A stretch of 64,000 nt of DNA from Octopus vulgaris (lineage: Eukaryota), in NCBI GenBank assembly GCA_951406725.2, contig OX597832.1, positions 26,970,001 through 27,034,000 on the forward strand, in the 5' to 3' direction. Positions 1-11,734 of the stretch are shown piece after piece; position 1 is the stretch's first letter, and every line of letters starts with the position of its first letter. The notes beneath the pieces were generated by a model. That model was not told the DNA's origin. It ran no database searches and saw only the letters and a list, made by a program, of their open reading frames with translations. The position numbers and the translations under genes were made by a program.

Positions 1-181
1 ACTTTATCCCCCAATCTCAAGCCCATAGCCTGAAGTGTCACTCGGCTCTGAGTTGGGTCAAATATCGGCGAGCAAGTGTTTGGGCTGACTGGACCAGCTT
101 CTGGCATCATCTTGCGGATTTTCGCTGCTAATTTACCCATTTCAGAGTCTTCTGGAAAGTTCTTGGGGTCAGGAACACAAT
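1..181 (-). CDS. CLIP4: CLIP3/CLIP4-like coding exon 4 (linker into first CAP-Gly domain), truncated by window edge
   Basis: TGCTGTCTAG|AT TGT, phase 1. DCVPDPKNFPEDSEMGKLAAKIRKMMPEAG...QSRVTLQAMGLRLGDKV, similar to recalled CLIP4 DVVPDP...LTSLGLKLGDRV. Not in the ORF track because it lacks its own start and stop. Confidence 0.93.
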
Positions 182-241
182 CTAGACAGCAATGGAATCA
201 AAAACACAGTCAAAGAATGCAACAAAAAAACTCAGTATACA

Positions 242-317
<76 letters not shown>

Positions 318-320
<3 letters not shown>

Positions 321-563
321 GTGGAAATGGCCCAGAAGTAAATCTAAGACATTTTAATTTAGAAAGAAATTAATAAAATGATTTTTAAAAATATGTATAG
401 AAAATAGAAAATATAACAAGTTTCAGTGATGAATTCCATCTTATCAAATTCATTATCAAAACTTATTATATTTTATATTTCCTATACATATTTTTAAAAC
501 CATTTTATTAATTTCTTTCTAAATTAAAATGTCTTAGATTTACTTCTGTACCTTTTCCACCTC
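318..563. repeat. Long imperfect palindrome (fold-back), arms of about 118 bp
   Basis: cagaagtaaatctaagacattttaatttagaaagaaattaataaaatg at left is mirrored by cattttattaatttctttctaaattaaaatgtcttagatttacttctg at right. Confidence 0.9.
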
Positions 564-640
564 CATCTTTTATATACAAAAATTTGATTTGTATAGATCT
601 CTAATCTTTTTTCAACTATGTAAATATATATATATATATA

Positions 641-806
641 TATATTATATCAAATTAGAGACAAAACCACTATTATGCAAATCAAACAAAGAAAGACTTA
701 AGCCAATACATAAAATAATTTATATAAATTATTTTATGTATTGGCTTAAGTCTTTCTTTGTTTGATTTGCATAATAGTGGTTTTGTCTCTAATTTGATAT
801 AATATA
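641..806. repeat. Perfect 166-bp spacerless palindrome, part of a dispersed repeat
   Basis: Centre aatttatataaatt at 717-730; the arms are exact reverse complements by eye. A related sequence occurs at about 26344-26450. Confidence 0.92.
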
Positions 807-881
807 ATATTTTACTATAAAATTGGATTCAATCTTAAATCTGATTTTTCCTTATAAATTTGGATTTATTCCCTAATATTT

Positions 882-912
<31 letters not shown>

Positions 913-1695
913 GTACATACAAACATATATATAGAGAGAGATAGAGATAGAGAGGAGAGAGAGAGGAAGGAAAGAGAGGGAGAGGAAAGGAGAGACAGAC
1001 AGACAGATATATGTAGACATACATTAATGTTTGTTTCTATGTGAAGTTATATATAAAAGCAATTTAACATTAAACTGAAAGCTTATTCAATACTTTTGAA
1101 GTATAAAATATATTTTATTAATTTTTACAAGAAAAAGGCTGACAGTGACTTCAGAGTTTTGGCACAAGCATTGTGGGATATTACAAGAGATAAAAACTGT
1201 TTTGATAGGGCCAAAACAATGCCCTATAAAATGCAAGGTGAACTACAAAAGTAAAAATAGAGCAATATTTTGGGTTTATGTCTCTTTCCTCAAAACATTT
1301 CTCCAAGTACTCTGAAGAAGGGGTCATAACCCCAAAAATATTGAAATATGAGGTACACTTATTCTCTCTCTCTCTCTTCCTCTAACCGCTATGAGGGCAA
1401 GATCATCAGCATATAGTAGTTCCCAAGGGCTGCTGGTCTTGAATTCCTCTGTTATGGCTGGAGGACAATGATGAAAAGGAGGGCGCTAAGGACTGAGCCT
1501 TGATGAACCCCTACCTGTACACCAAATTCTTCACTGTACTTGTGGTTATATTACAAGGCAGCAAGCTGGCGGAATCATTACCATACTGGATAGAATGCTT
1601 TGCAGTGCTTCTTCTGTCTTTATGTTCTGAGTTCAAATATCGCCAAAGGTTCATTTTGCTTTTCATCCTTTCGGGGTCAATAAAATAATTACCAA

Positions 1696-2110
1696 TTGAT
1701 TTGACTTGACTTGAGACAGCATTCACCCGGGGTGGGTTGAGCTGGCTTCATTCATCCTTAATGCTGCATCTCTCACAAACGCCGACCAGACCTGGTGAGT
1801 TGAGGCTAATGACCGCATGATCTCCAACCACTCCTTATTCCAGTGGCGAACGCCGTAGACATGGGGGCCTAGGTTGGGTTCCAGATCAGCCTTGACTGTC
1901 ATCAGCCAGGTTTTTTTGTTGTCCACCACATCGCTTTCGCCAACCCTGTAGGGGAGCTGGGGCAATTGCTTCGTAGATGAATTCTCCTGGTTGACGACGG
2001 AGGGCATGACCCAGCCAACACAGACATCTCGTTAAGATGACTTGTCGGAGGGATATGATTCTGCACTGGTGTTGCACCGAATTGTTGGAGACAAAGTGAT
2101 GCCATCGGAC
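1696..2110 (-). mobile_element. RTE-clade LINE 3' fragment with (CAAGT)n tail, nested in a SINE
   Basis: Encodes WLGHALRRQPGE...WRKRCGGQ.KTWLMTVKADLEP...EWLEIMRSLA with a frameshift, typical of an RTE ORF C-terminus. Tail ttgacttgacttgag. SINE-A halves lie on both sides (1555-1695, 2110-2170). Confidence 0.8.
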
Positions 2111-2211
2111 ATAACCAACTTACCCCTTCTTCAGAAACTGTTAGGCTTGTGCTAAAATTTGGAACCAACACACACACACATTTATGTATACATGTATTTT
2201 TCTATACACAC

Positions 2212-2355
2212 CAATTGGATATCGTCCTAAGTCGTCCTTCATGTAAGCATTTGCGCCATTCTGCTGCAACACTTTAACTGCATTATAAGCCACATTGCTG
2301 GCAGCAATATGCAAGGCTGAACCATGGTCAAATTCTGAACACGTGTGGTCAATAT
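2212..2355 (-). CDS. CLIP4: CLIP3/CLIP4-like coding exon 3 (ankyrin repeat)
   Basis: ATATTTCCAG|AT ATT ... ATT G|GTGTGT; 144 nt, phase 1 to 1. DIDHTCSEFDHGSALHIAASNVAYNAVKVLQQNGANAYMKDDLGRYPI, similar to recalled CLIP4 DVDATCSDFNFGTALHIAAYN. Confidence 0.95.
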
Positions 2356-3305
2356 CTGGAAATATAAACAACATGGTACTTACAGGTTTGATAAAGTTGT
2401 TGCTTTGGGAAGTGTGTGTGTGTGTGTGTATAGTGTGGACATGTATGTGTTTGTGGTGTATGGTATGTGTGTGCGTGCGTGGTGATGTGCTAGGCTGTGT
2501 GTGGTCGAGGGGGTGCATATGTCAGGCTGTGTATATGTGAGTGTGTATGTATGAGGCTGTGTGTGTGTGTAGATGCATATATAATTATATTCATATATGT
2601 AAAGATCATGTCCAGATGTTTACGAATGCTGTTGTAGGAGGAACAGGGGGTGGGATCTGCTGGTGTGACTGTGTGTATGTGTAACTATGTGGTTGTGTTT
2701 ATGTGGCTGGGTGTACGTTGATGTCACTTGACTACAAGCAAAGGTGGTATGGCTGGTGTGGTATTAGTGGTAGTAGTATTGGTGGTGGTGGTTGTTGTTG
2801 TTGTTGTAGGGACAATGATGGTGATATTGTGACAATATTAGTTTTAGTGGTTAGTAGCAGGGTGTTGGTGGTGATGTAACAGTAACATTGATGGTAGTGG
2901 TGGTGGCAGTGCACAATCAAACACATACTCACACACATAAATACAACGCAGACATACATGCACACACACACACATAACTACTTTCCTTCCACACTCTCAC
3001 ACACATACACAAAAGCATACCACCATTAACCGCATGCACGCGCACATACACACTTCCCCAATACCAGCTCCACGTGCACACTCTCATACCCACACACACA
3101 CAAAAACATATCACCGCCTCACCTACCTCACACACACACACACACATTCACAAAACCACACCCCACCAACATGACATACACACACCTACACACCTACCTG
3201 ACACGCACACATGACCACTTCTCCACCCTCCCTCCAACCCCCTTTTCTCTCCCCGTCTCTCACCCTCCCCACCACACCAGGTAGGTTCCGCACTTCCGCA
3301 CTTAC

Positions 3306-3561
3306 CGATTGCTTTTGTTGTTTTCAGGAGAATCTTGATGACAGGTGCAATATCAAAGTAGGCGGCATAATGTAAGGCAGTCATGTTGGTCCATCGACAC
3401 CGGATAAAGGGGTCAGCCCCTTTGTCCAGCAACATTGTCACCACACGACTGGCCATCTCAGCATCACCAACTCCACTAGCACCTGCTTTACTGGCATAAT
3501 GTAAAAGGGTCATATCTGTTAAACCATCACGGTCATTGATGTTGGCTCCTCTTTCGAGTAT
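3306..3561 (-). CDS. CLIP4: CLIP3/CLIP4-like coding exon 2 (ankyrin repeats)
   Basis: ATTTTCCAG|ATA ... ATC G|GTAAG; 256 nt, phase 0 to 1. ILERGANINDRDGLTDMTLLHYASKAGASGVGD...GADPFIRCRWTNMTALHYAAYFD; NDRDGLTDMTLLHY and RWTNM.ALHYAAYFD are CLIP3/4 signatures. Confidence 0.96.
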
Positions 3562-3970
3562 CTGGAAAATACAAAGATGGATAGATGGATGTTTGGTTGG
3601 ACACACAGACAGACAGATGGTTAAACACAAGGTCAAACATTACCCCTTCTGTCCTTTGTCTTTTTGTATTATCATTTTTTTGACACTTGTGGCCAATAAA
3701 GTATTATTATTATTATTATTATTGTTATTATTTCCCCCTTTTGACCAGGCTCCCGTGGTTTTTATGGGTTTTTCCACCAGGAACCTTTCGTAATGCCTCC
3801 CCCTATTGGGAGTTTTTCGTTGTTATAATTTTTTGTTGTTACACTGTTTTTTACAAACGGACAAAACCCTTTTTAACCTTTCGTCTTGTTTTGTCCCTTT
3901 TATGTTATAATTAATTTTTGTCAGCCCTTGTGGTCAATAAAAGAATTAATTATTATTATTATTATTATTT

Positions 3971-4185
3971 AGGTGGTGAGCTGGCAGAATCGTTAGCATG
4001 CTGGACAAAATGCTTAGCGATATTTCGCCCATCGCTATGTTCTGAGTTCAAATTCTGCCAAGGTCAACTTTACCTTTCATCCTTTTGGAGTCTATAAAAT
4101 AAGTTCCTGTTAAACATTGGGGGTCGATGTAATAGACTCATCCCCTCCCCCAGAATTGCTGCCCTTGTGGCAAAATTTGAAACCT
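3971..4185 (+). mobile_element. SINE family A (tRNA-like head; representative copy)
   Basis: ggtgagctggcagaatcgttagc...gttcaaattctgccaaggtcaactttacctttcatcc...; A/B-box-like head and (TTA)n flanks. Other copies near 1555, 9885-11045 (five), 12312, 13133, 22295, 28545, 31920, 39625, 44955-46035, 47005, 47775 and 57875. Confidence 0.85.
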
Positions 4186-4729
4186 TTATTATTATTATTA
4201 TTATTATTGAGAAGACCTGGCAAGCCAAGTGAGACCATAACCCGTGGCCTATGCCAGGGATGTAACCAGCCCACTTATGCGTACCTTTCCTTCATTGGAC
4301 ACTAAACTCTGCTTGCGAAGACCTGTTGAGGCAAGTGAAATCGAAATCAAAATCAAATTCAATGACTGGCATCCGTGCTGGTGGCACGTAAAAAACACCA
4401 TTCGAACGTGATCGTTACCAGCGTCGCCTTACTGGCACTTGCGTTGGTGGCATGTGAAAAAATATTCGAGTAAGGTCGTTGCCAGTGCTGCTGGACTGGC
4501 TCCTGTGCAGGTGGCACATAAAAAACACCATCTAAGTGTGGCCGTTACCAGTACCGCCTGACTGGTCCTCATGCCGGTGGCATGTAAAAGCATCCACTAC
4601 ACTCTCGGGAGTGGTTGGCGTTAGGAAGGGCATCTAGCTGTAGAAACTCTGCCAAGTGAAATTGTGGTCATGGCTGATGCTGGTGTCACATAACAGACAC
4701 CCATGCTGGCGGCATGTAAAGAGCACCAT

Positions 4730-4915
4730 TTGAGCATTGGGCCTCATGGAGGCAAAGTGGCTGAGTTCCTTTCAAATGTCGGACCCCACCAAGGCAAAGT
4801 GGTTGAGTTCCTTTCAAATGTCGGGCCCCACCAAGGCAAAGTGGTTGAGTTCCTTTCGAGCATTGGGTCTCAGGAAGGGAAAGTGGCTGAGATCCTTTTG
4901 AGTGTTGGGCTGCAA
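4730..4915. repeat. 42-bp tandem repeat (about 4 copies) inside a long family C element
   Basis: ggcaaagtggttgagttcctttcaaatgtcgggccccaccaa repeated at 42-nt period. Confidence 0.8.
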
Positions 4916-5605
4916 GGAGGCAATGACCAAGACCTTTGGCATTATGTCGTGCTAGAGAAGAAGACCCATCAAGCCAAGCAAAATTGCAATTGTAGCAGAT
5001 ATTGGTATCATGCAAATGGCACCTGTGCCAGTGGCACATAAAAACACCCTTTACACTCTCAAAGTGGTTGGCATTAGGAAGGGAATCCAGCTATAGTCTG
5101 GTGCAGCCTTCCAGCTTACCAGCCCTGGTCAAACCACCCAACCCATACCAGCATGGACAATGGACATTAAATGATGATGATGATGATGATGTAAACAGAA
5201 GGAGGCCTTTTGTGTGTGTATGTATGTGCGTGTGTGTGTGTGTGTGTGCTTGTTTACACCTGTGCATGATTGTTTACATTTGTGAGCCATTTCTCCTGTC
5301 AACAAATTGTCTTCAGCTTTTGCATCGTCAAAGACTTATGGAATAAGAAATCCCTTACTTGAACAAAAGACAAACAAACAAACAAAACAAACAGACGGAT
5401 GGTTAATGATAGGAAGGGCATTTGGATGTAAAACAATGCTCTAATGATACACATGTCTAACCCATACTAACACAGAAAAACAGACAAAAAGAGACTATAT
5501 ATATATACGTATATAAATATATTTGCACATGCTAACATGAAAAAAACAGACAGAAAATAAACAATTTATATAAATGAACGTATGTATGTATAAATATGTG
5601 TGTAT

Positions 5606-5638
<33 letters not shown>

Positions 5639-6941
5639 TGTGCATATTCACACACGTTCATATAAAAGGAAAGAAAGAAGAAAGCATTTGGCCATAGTGC
5701 ATGTATGTACAAGAACTAAAAGAAAAAAAAAACCCCAGAGAATGATGAAAGAGAGAGGGGAGAGAGAGAGGGAGGGAAGAAATTTAATTAAAGAAAGACT
5801 GGAGAAAATTCTTAAGGCCAGGTGAGTTATAATTAAATAACAACAACAATAATGACATTGATTAGTAAATAATGAGATATACACAACAGTGTGTGTGTGT
5901 GTGGTGTGTGTTTTAATATCACCACCAAAGCCATGCAATACCACCACCACCTCCGTACACACTTCACTACATACACACGCACACCACTACCACCACCACC
6001 ACCATCACTCTGACATACACGAGAGAATTTTAGTATAAGAAAAATTGTTGCTTAGCAATAAATCCCATTGTGTAAATGACGTCTTAAGTTAGGAAATAAT
6101 TAAGGCCAGCCTCACCACCACCACCACCACCACTACCACCACCCACACTAGATCTCTTATCCCCCCCTCCACATCGCATATATACACATACACATATTAC
6201 ACACTGCTCTGTACACAATGAAACAGCCTGACTACTACAACCCCCACTGCATCTTTCCGCCACCCACACACACACACAAAACATTACTTACATGCCACCA
6301 CACATGCACACATACAGCCATCATCAAACACACACACAAACACATACATGATATTACACAAAACCGCTTTACATACAACCATTAGTAGACACACGCACAC
6401 AACAGAAGCATCACAACATGCTGTCAGAACACAACAGCATCTCCTACTTTCCAATTTAATGCAATACAACCGTCTTAATTATTGAGGAATGTAACGATCT
6501 AAGCTATATATACAAGCTTACTCTTTTACTTGTTTCAGTCACTTGACTGCAGCCATGCTGGAGCACCGCTTTTAGTCGACCAAATCGACCCCGGGACTTA
6601 TTCTTTGTAAGCCCACTACTTATTCTATCGGTCTCTTTTGCCGAACTGCTAAGTCACGGGGACGTAAACACACCAGCATCGGTTGTCAAGCGATGCTAGG
6701 GGGACAAACACAGACACACAAACACATACACACACATACATATACATATATATATATACATATATATATACATATATATGACAGGCTTCTTTCAGTTTCC
6801 GTCTACCAAATCCACTCACAAGGTATTGGTCGGCCCAGGGCTATAGCAGAAGACACTTGCCCAAGATGCCACGCAGTGGGACTGAACCCGGAACCATGTG
6901 GTTGGTTAGCAAGCTACTTACCACACAGCCACTCCTGCGCC

Positions 6942-6973
<32 letters not shown>

Positions 6974-7586
6974 TACGACGGGCTTCTTTCAGTTTCCGTC
7001 TACCAAATCCACTCACAAGGTATTGGTCGGCCCGGGGCTATAGCAGAATACACTTGCCCAAGATGCCACGCAGTGGGACTGAACCCGGAACCATGTGGTT
7101 GGTTAGCAAGCTACTTACCCACACAGCCACTCCTGCGCCTATGCTTATGTATAGGCTTATGTATGATGTATAGTCCACACACACACACACATATTTGTCC
7201 ACACACATACACATACACAGCAAGCTGTTATACACCATTGTGCGCACACTTAACAATAATACACAAACTTGTTAAGTTAATTAACTAGGTTCGTTTAAAC
7301 TGTTAAATCTTAACCAGTGAATGACTCACAATGGTCTGAAATGTTTGCTGTGTGAGCAGCCGTGACCCCGTCCCTCGCCCTCCACTCACACTCACAGCAA
7401 CCGTCGTTTGAGTGAGAGTGGAGAAGAGAGGAGCACTACTCCCCCAACTCCCTTCATTCACACATTTGTGTCTGGGGATTTGCTAAAATTAATTATACGC
7501 AAATATATTCAAAGCGCAGCAGATGTTTGGATCAATAACAAAGTGACAATGTATAATGATAGGTCCCTCGTTAATGATATGAGCAA

Positions 7587-7960
<374 letters not shown>

Positions 7961-10039
7961 TGATATGGTGGTTGTTCCATTTTCACAGTTGATTGCTAGT
8001 TTGTGCTTCATTGTTGTCAATGACATTTCTGACTTTCCGTTCATGACCTCTCAGCTGACTATTCAGTGTTCTGCTACACACATCTGCATAACTGAGTGTG
8101 CTGCCAACTGGTTAAGTTAGCACATGTGTTGCCTCTCCTTTATTGCCACAGAACAGAATGACAAATGTGGCCACCACAAAGAGACATCTGCGTGTCATTG
8201 GATTATAGTGATAAACGCTTGTACAACACGAGTTTGACCCTCGTAACAGGAACCACGATGGATCAATCAATTTATCTCAGTCCACTGGGCTGTAAACATG
8301 TACCACAGAACCAGCAGAGAGCAGTGTAGTTTTGCTGTTTAGCTCCAGGTCAGGCCTGTTCAAGCAGACATATGACCAATGCTTTCCATTCATGACCATC
8401 CTATCTCTTTCTATATCAACAACTCACTGTCCATTGTATACTTGGTCGTGTGCTTAAGAAGTTCTCTTCAGAACCACATTGTTTCTGTGTTCAATCTCAC
8501 CACACAGCACTTTCGGCAAGTGTCATCTGTCAACTCATGATAGCAATCTAGAACACAGAGACTGTAGAATCCTTTTCTCCCTCTTTCTCACTCTCTTTCT
8601 ATATCATCATCATCATCATTTAACATCCGTTGTCCATGCTGGCATGGGTTGGATGGTTTGATCAGGGCTGGCAGCTGGAAGGCTGCACCAGGTTCCAGTC
8701 TGATTTGTCATGGTTTCTACGGAATAGGAATCAAAGGGGTCCATAGGCAAAGAAAAAAAGGGTTGAGAACCCCTGCATTAGATCGAAGGGCTACCACATA
8801 CAATAAACCAGAATGTCAGGCTGTATACTACTACACTATGGTGCAGAGATGGTAGGTGCTTGGCTTAGTGGTTACGGTATTCATCTCACAGTCATAAGAT
8901 CACAGGTTCAATTCCTGGTAGTGCATTGTGTCCTTGAGCAAGACACTTTATCCCACGTTGCTCCAGTCCCCTCGGCTGGCAAAGATGAGTAGTACTTGTA
9001 TTTCAAAGAGGCCAGCCTTGTCACATTCTGTGTCACACTGAATATCCCCGAGAACTACGTTGAGGGTACACATGTCTGTGGAGTATTCAGCCACTTGCAC
9101 ATTAATTTCATGAGCAACCTGTTTCATCGATTGGATCAGCCAGAACCCTTGTACCAGTTTATCACAAAATACAAGTCTGTGGATTGTACCTGGTTGTTTG
9201 ACAAACTAGCTACATACAATTAGGCTTGTCCTGTTTAGTCAGTACTGACCCAGGGCTAAATAACAACAACAACAGCAACATACATGTATACACAGCAGAC
9301 AGGCAATGGAGCAAATTCCAGTCAATATGGTCCAACACAGTTAGTGAATAAGAACTGACAGACTAATGAATTAATCATTTAAATCAACTAATTATCTTAG
9401 TTAACTGTTATAATTGCAAAACACACACACAATGATTAGAGAGAGGGGGAGAAAGAAAGGTCGGAAGGGGAGGAAGAGGGTGAGAGAGAGAGGGAGGGAA
9501 ATGGAAAGAGAGAGAGAGAGAGAGAACATTCTCAAACCTTGACTTTACGACCTGGAGTCTGAGAAAAACCACAAAAATACAAATTGAAAGAAAAAACATT
9601 AATGAACCTGATTTAACTATTTACACCATTAAAAACGCCAAAACTGCAGCCATAGAAACTATGGTAACCAATCTGTCCTTGCAGCAGCTGAACCATTTCC
9701 GGAATACAAAAGAAAAAACCTGTACCCAGAATAAAACAAACACTCTGGGATATAAAAGCTGGCCCTGGTGAAGACAAACTGTCCTTGCAGTAACCAAACA
9801 GTGAACTAGAATAGGTAAATATGAAATATAGGAAATAAACCATCCTTATAACTAATAAACGGCCTCCACAGGTAGACAAGCATTAACAGCTGTCTTTGCG
9901 TTCTGAGTTCAAATTCCACTGAGGTCAACTTTGCCTTTCATCCTTTTGGGGGTTGATGAAATAAGCACCAGCTGAGTTTTGGGGTTGATGTAAGTGGCTT
10001 ACCCCTTCCCAAAATTCCCAAAATGCTAAAATTTGAAAC

Positions 10040-10087
<48 letters not shown>

Positions 10088-11691
10088 GGCAATGAGCTGG
10101 CAGAATTGTTAGCACGCTGGACGAAATGCTTACTGGTATTTCACCCATCGCTATGTTCTGAGTTCAAATTCTGCCAAGGTTGACTTTGCCTTCCATCCTT
10201 TTGGGGTTGATGAATTAAGTACCAGTGAAACAGTCCCCATAAATTTCAGGCCTTGTGCCTACAGTAGAAAGGATTATTATTATTATTATTATTATTATTA
10301 TTGTTATTGTTATTATTATTATTATTATTATTAAAGCGGGAAGCTGACAGAATTGTAAGCATGCCAGACAAAATGCTATGCTTAGCAGCATTTTGTCTGT
10401 CGTTACATTCTGCCGGGGTCCACTTTGCCTTTCATCTTTTTGGGGTTGATAAAACAAGCAGCAGTTGAGAAGTGGGGTTGATGCAATTGACAAGCCCCTC
10501 CCAGACAAAATTTCAGGCCTTGTTCCTAGTGTAGAAGAGTGAAAACACTTTTGGTGGACAATATGTTTTTTTTTTTTTTTTCTTTAGTGTTAATATCTTA
10601 TAAATCTGAAGCAGTGAGCTGGCAGAATCATTAGCATACCAGGCAGAATGCTTAGCTAGCATTTCGCTTGTCTTTACATCCTGAGTTCAAATTCCACTGA
10701 GGTCAACTTAAACTTTTATCGTTTCAGGGTCAATAAAATAAGTACTAGTTAAGTACTGGGGTCAATGTAACTGACTCCCCCACTTTCCGAAATTGCTGGC
10801 CTTGTACCAAAATTCCAAACCAATATTCTATCAATCTCTCAGATTAGCAAGACGAAACATTTGGTAATATTTACTTGGATACGTGTACACTCTGAGTTCA
10901 AATCTAGTTCAAGACAACTTTGCTTTTCATCTTTCTGGGTTTAAATAAAAGAAATACCAGCCAAATACTAAGGCTACGTGGGGCAAAATAACTGCTCCCT
11001 TCCCTCAAAATTTGAGACCTTATGCCTAAATTAGAAATCGATATTTTATCAATCTCTTAAGTAATTTTATTAATGCTTATTAGAAATTAAATTATTTTAA
11101 TTAAGAAAACGGTTACCTCCAGCTATTATATTTTACAATTTAGGAGATTAAAATTCCACCCTTCCCTAAAAATGGGAATAAAATGAAATAAAAATGGAAT
11201 AAAATAAACAGAAGTTGTGTAGGAAGGAGAATTAAAGATTATGGTTAAAATATAAATGGTAGTGCCACATTAATTTGGAACAATTGAACAATGGAAGAAT
11301 AAATAAACAGATTATTTGAAGGTCAGGGAGTTCTTCTGGTAGAAGAATAGCTAACAACAAGGGAATATTTTACAGAAATTATATATATTTATATACATAT
11401 ATACATACATACATAAATTCATATACACACACACATATATATATATGTATACACAAATACATAAGCTACCGAAAAAACATGAAAATGAAGTAAAAAAACC
11501 AAACAGGGTGTATTAGGCTGATGCTCAAATACATGTGTGTGTGTATGTGTGTGTGTGTGTGTGTGTGCATGTGTGTGTATAAAATTTCAAAAATTAAATC
11601 AAGTAAAAAAAAACACCCCCCCACAAAAAAACTGAAACATGGAGGGGTGAAAAGCATATTTGCTTTCTAAATCTTTGTACTACTACTACTA

Positions 11692-11734
<43 letters not shown>

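Noticed and set aside
76-357. + strand 93-aa ORF
   Set aside because: Antisense shadow of CLIP exon 4 running into a microsatellite.
4686-5041. Repetitive ORFs (GKVVEFLSNVGPHQ)n
   Set aside because: A 42-bp tandem repeat within a dispersed repeat element.
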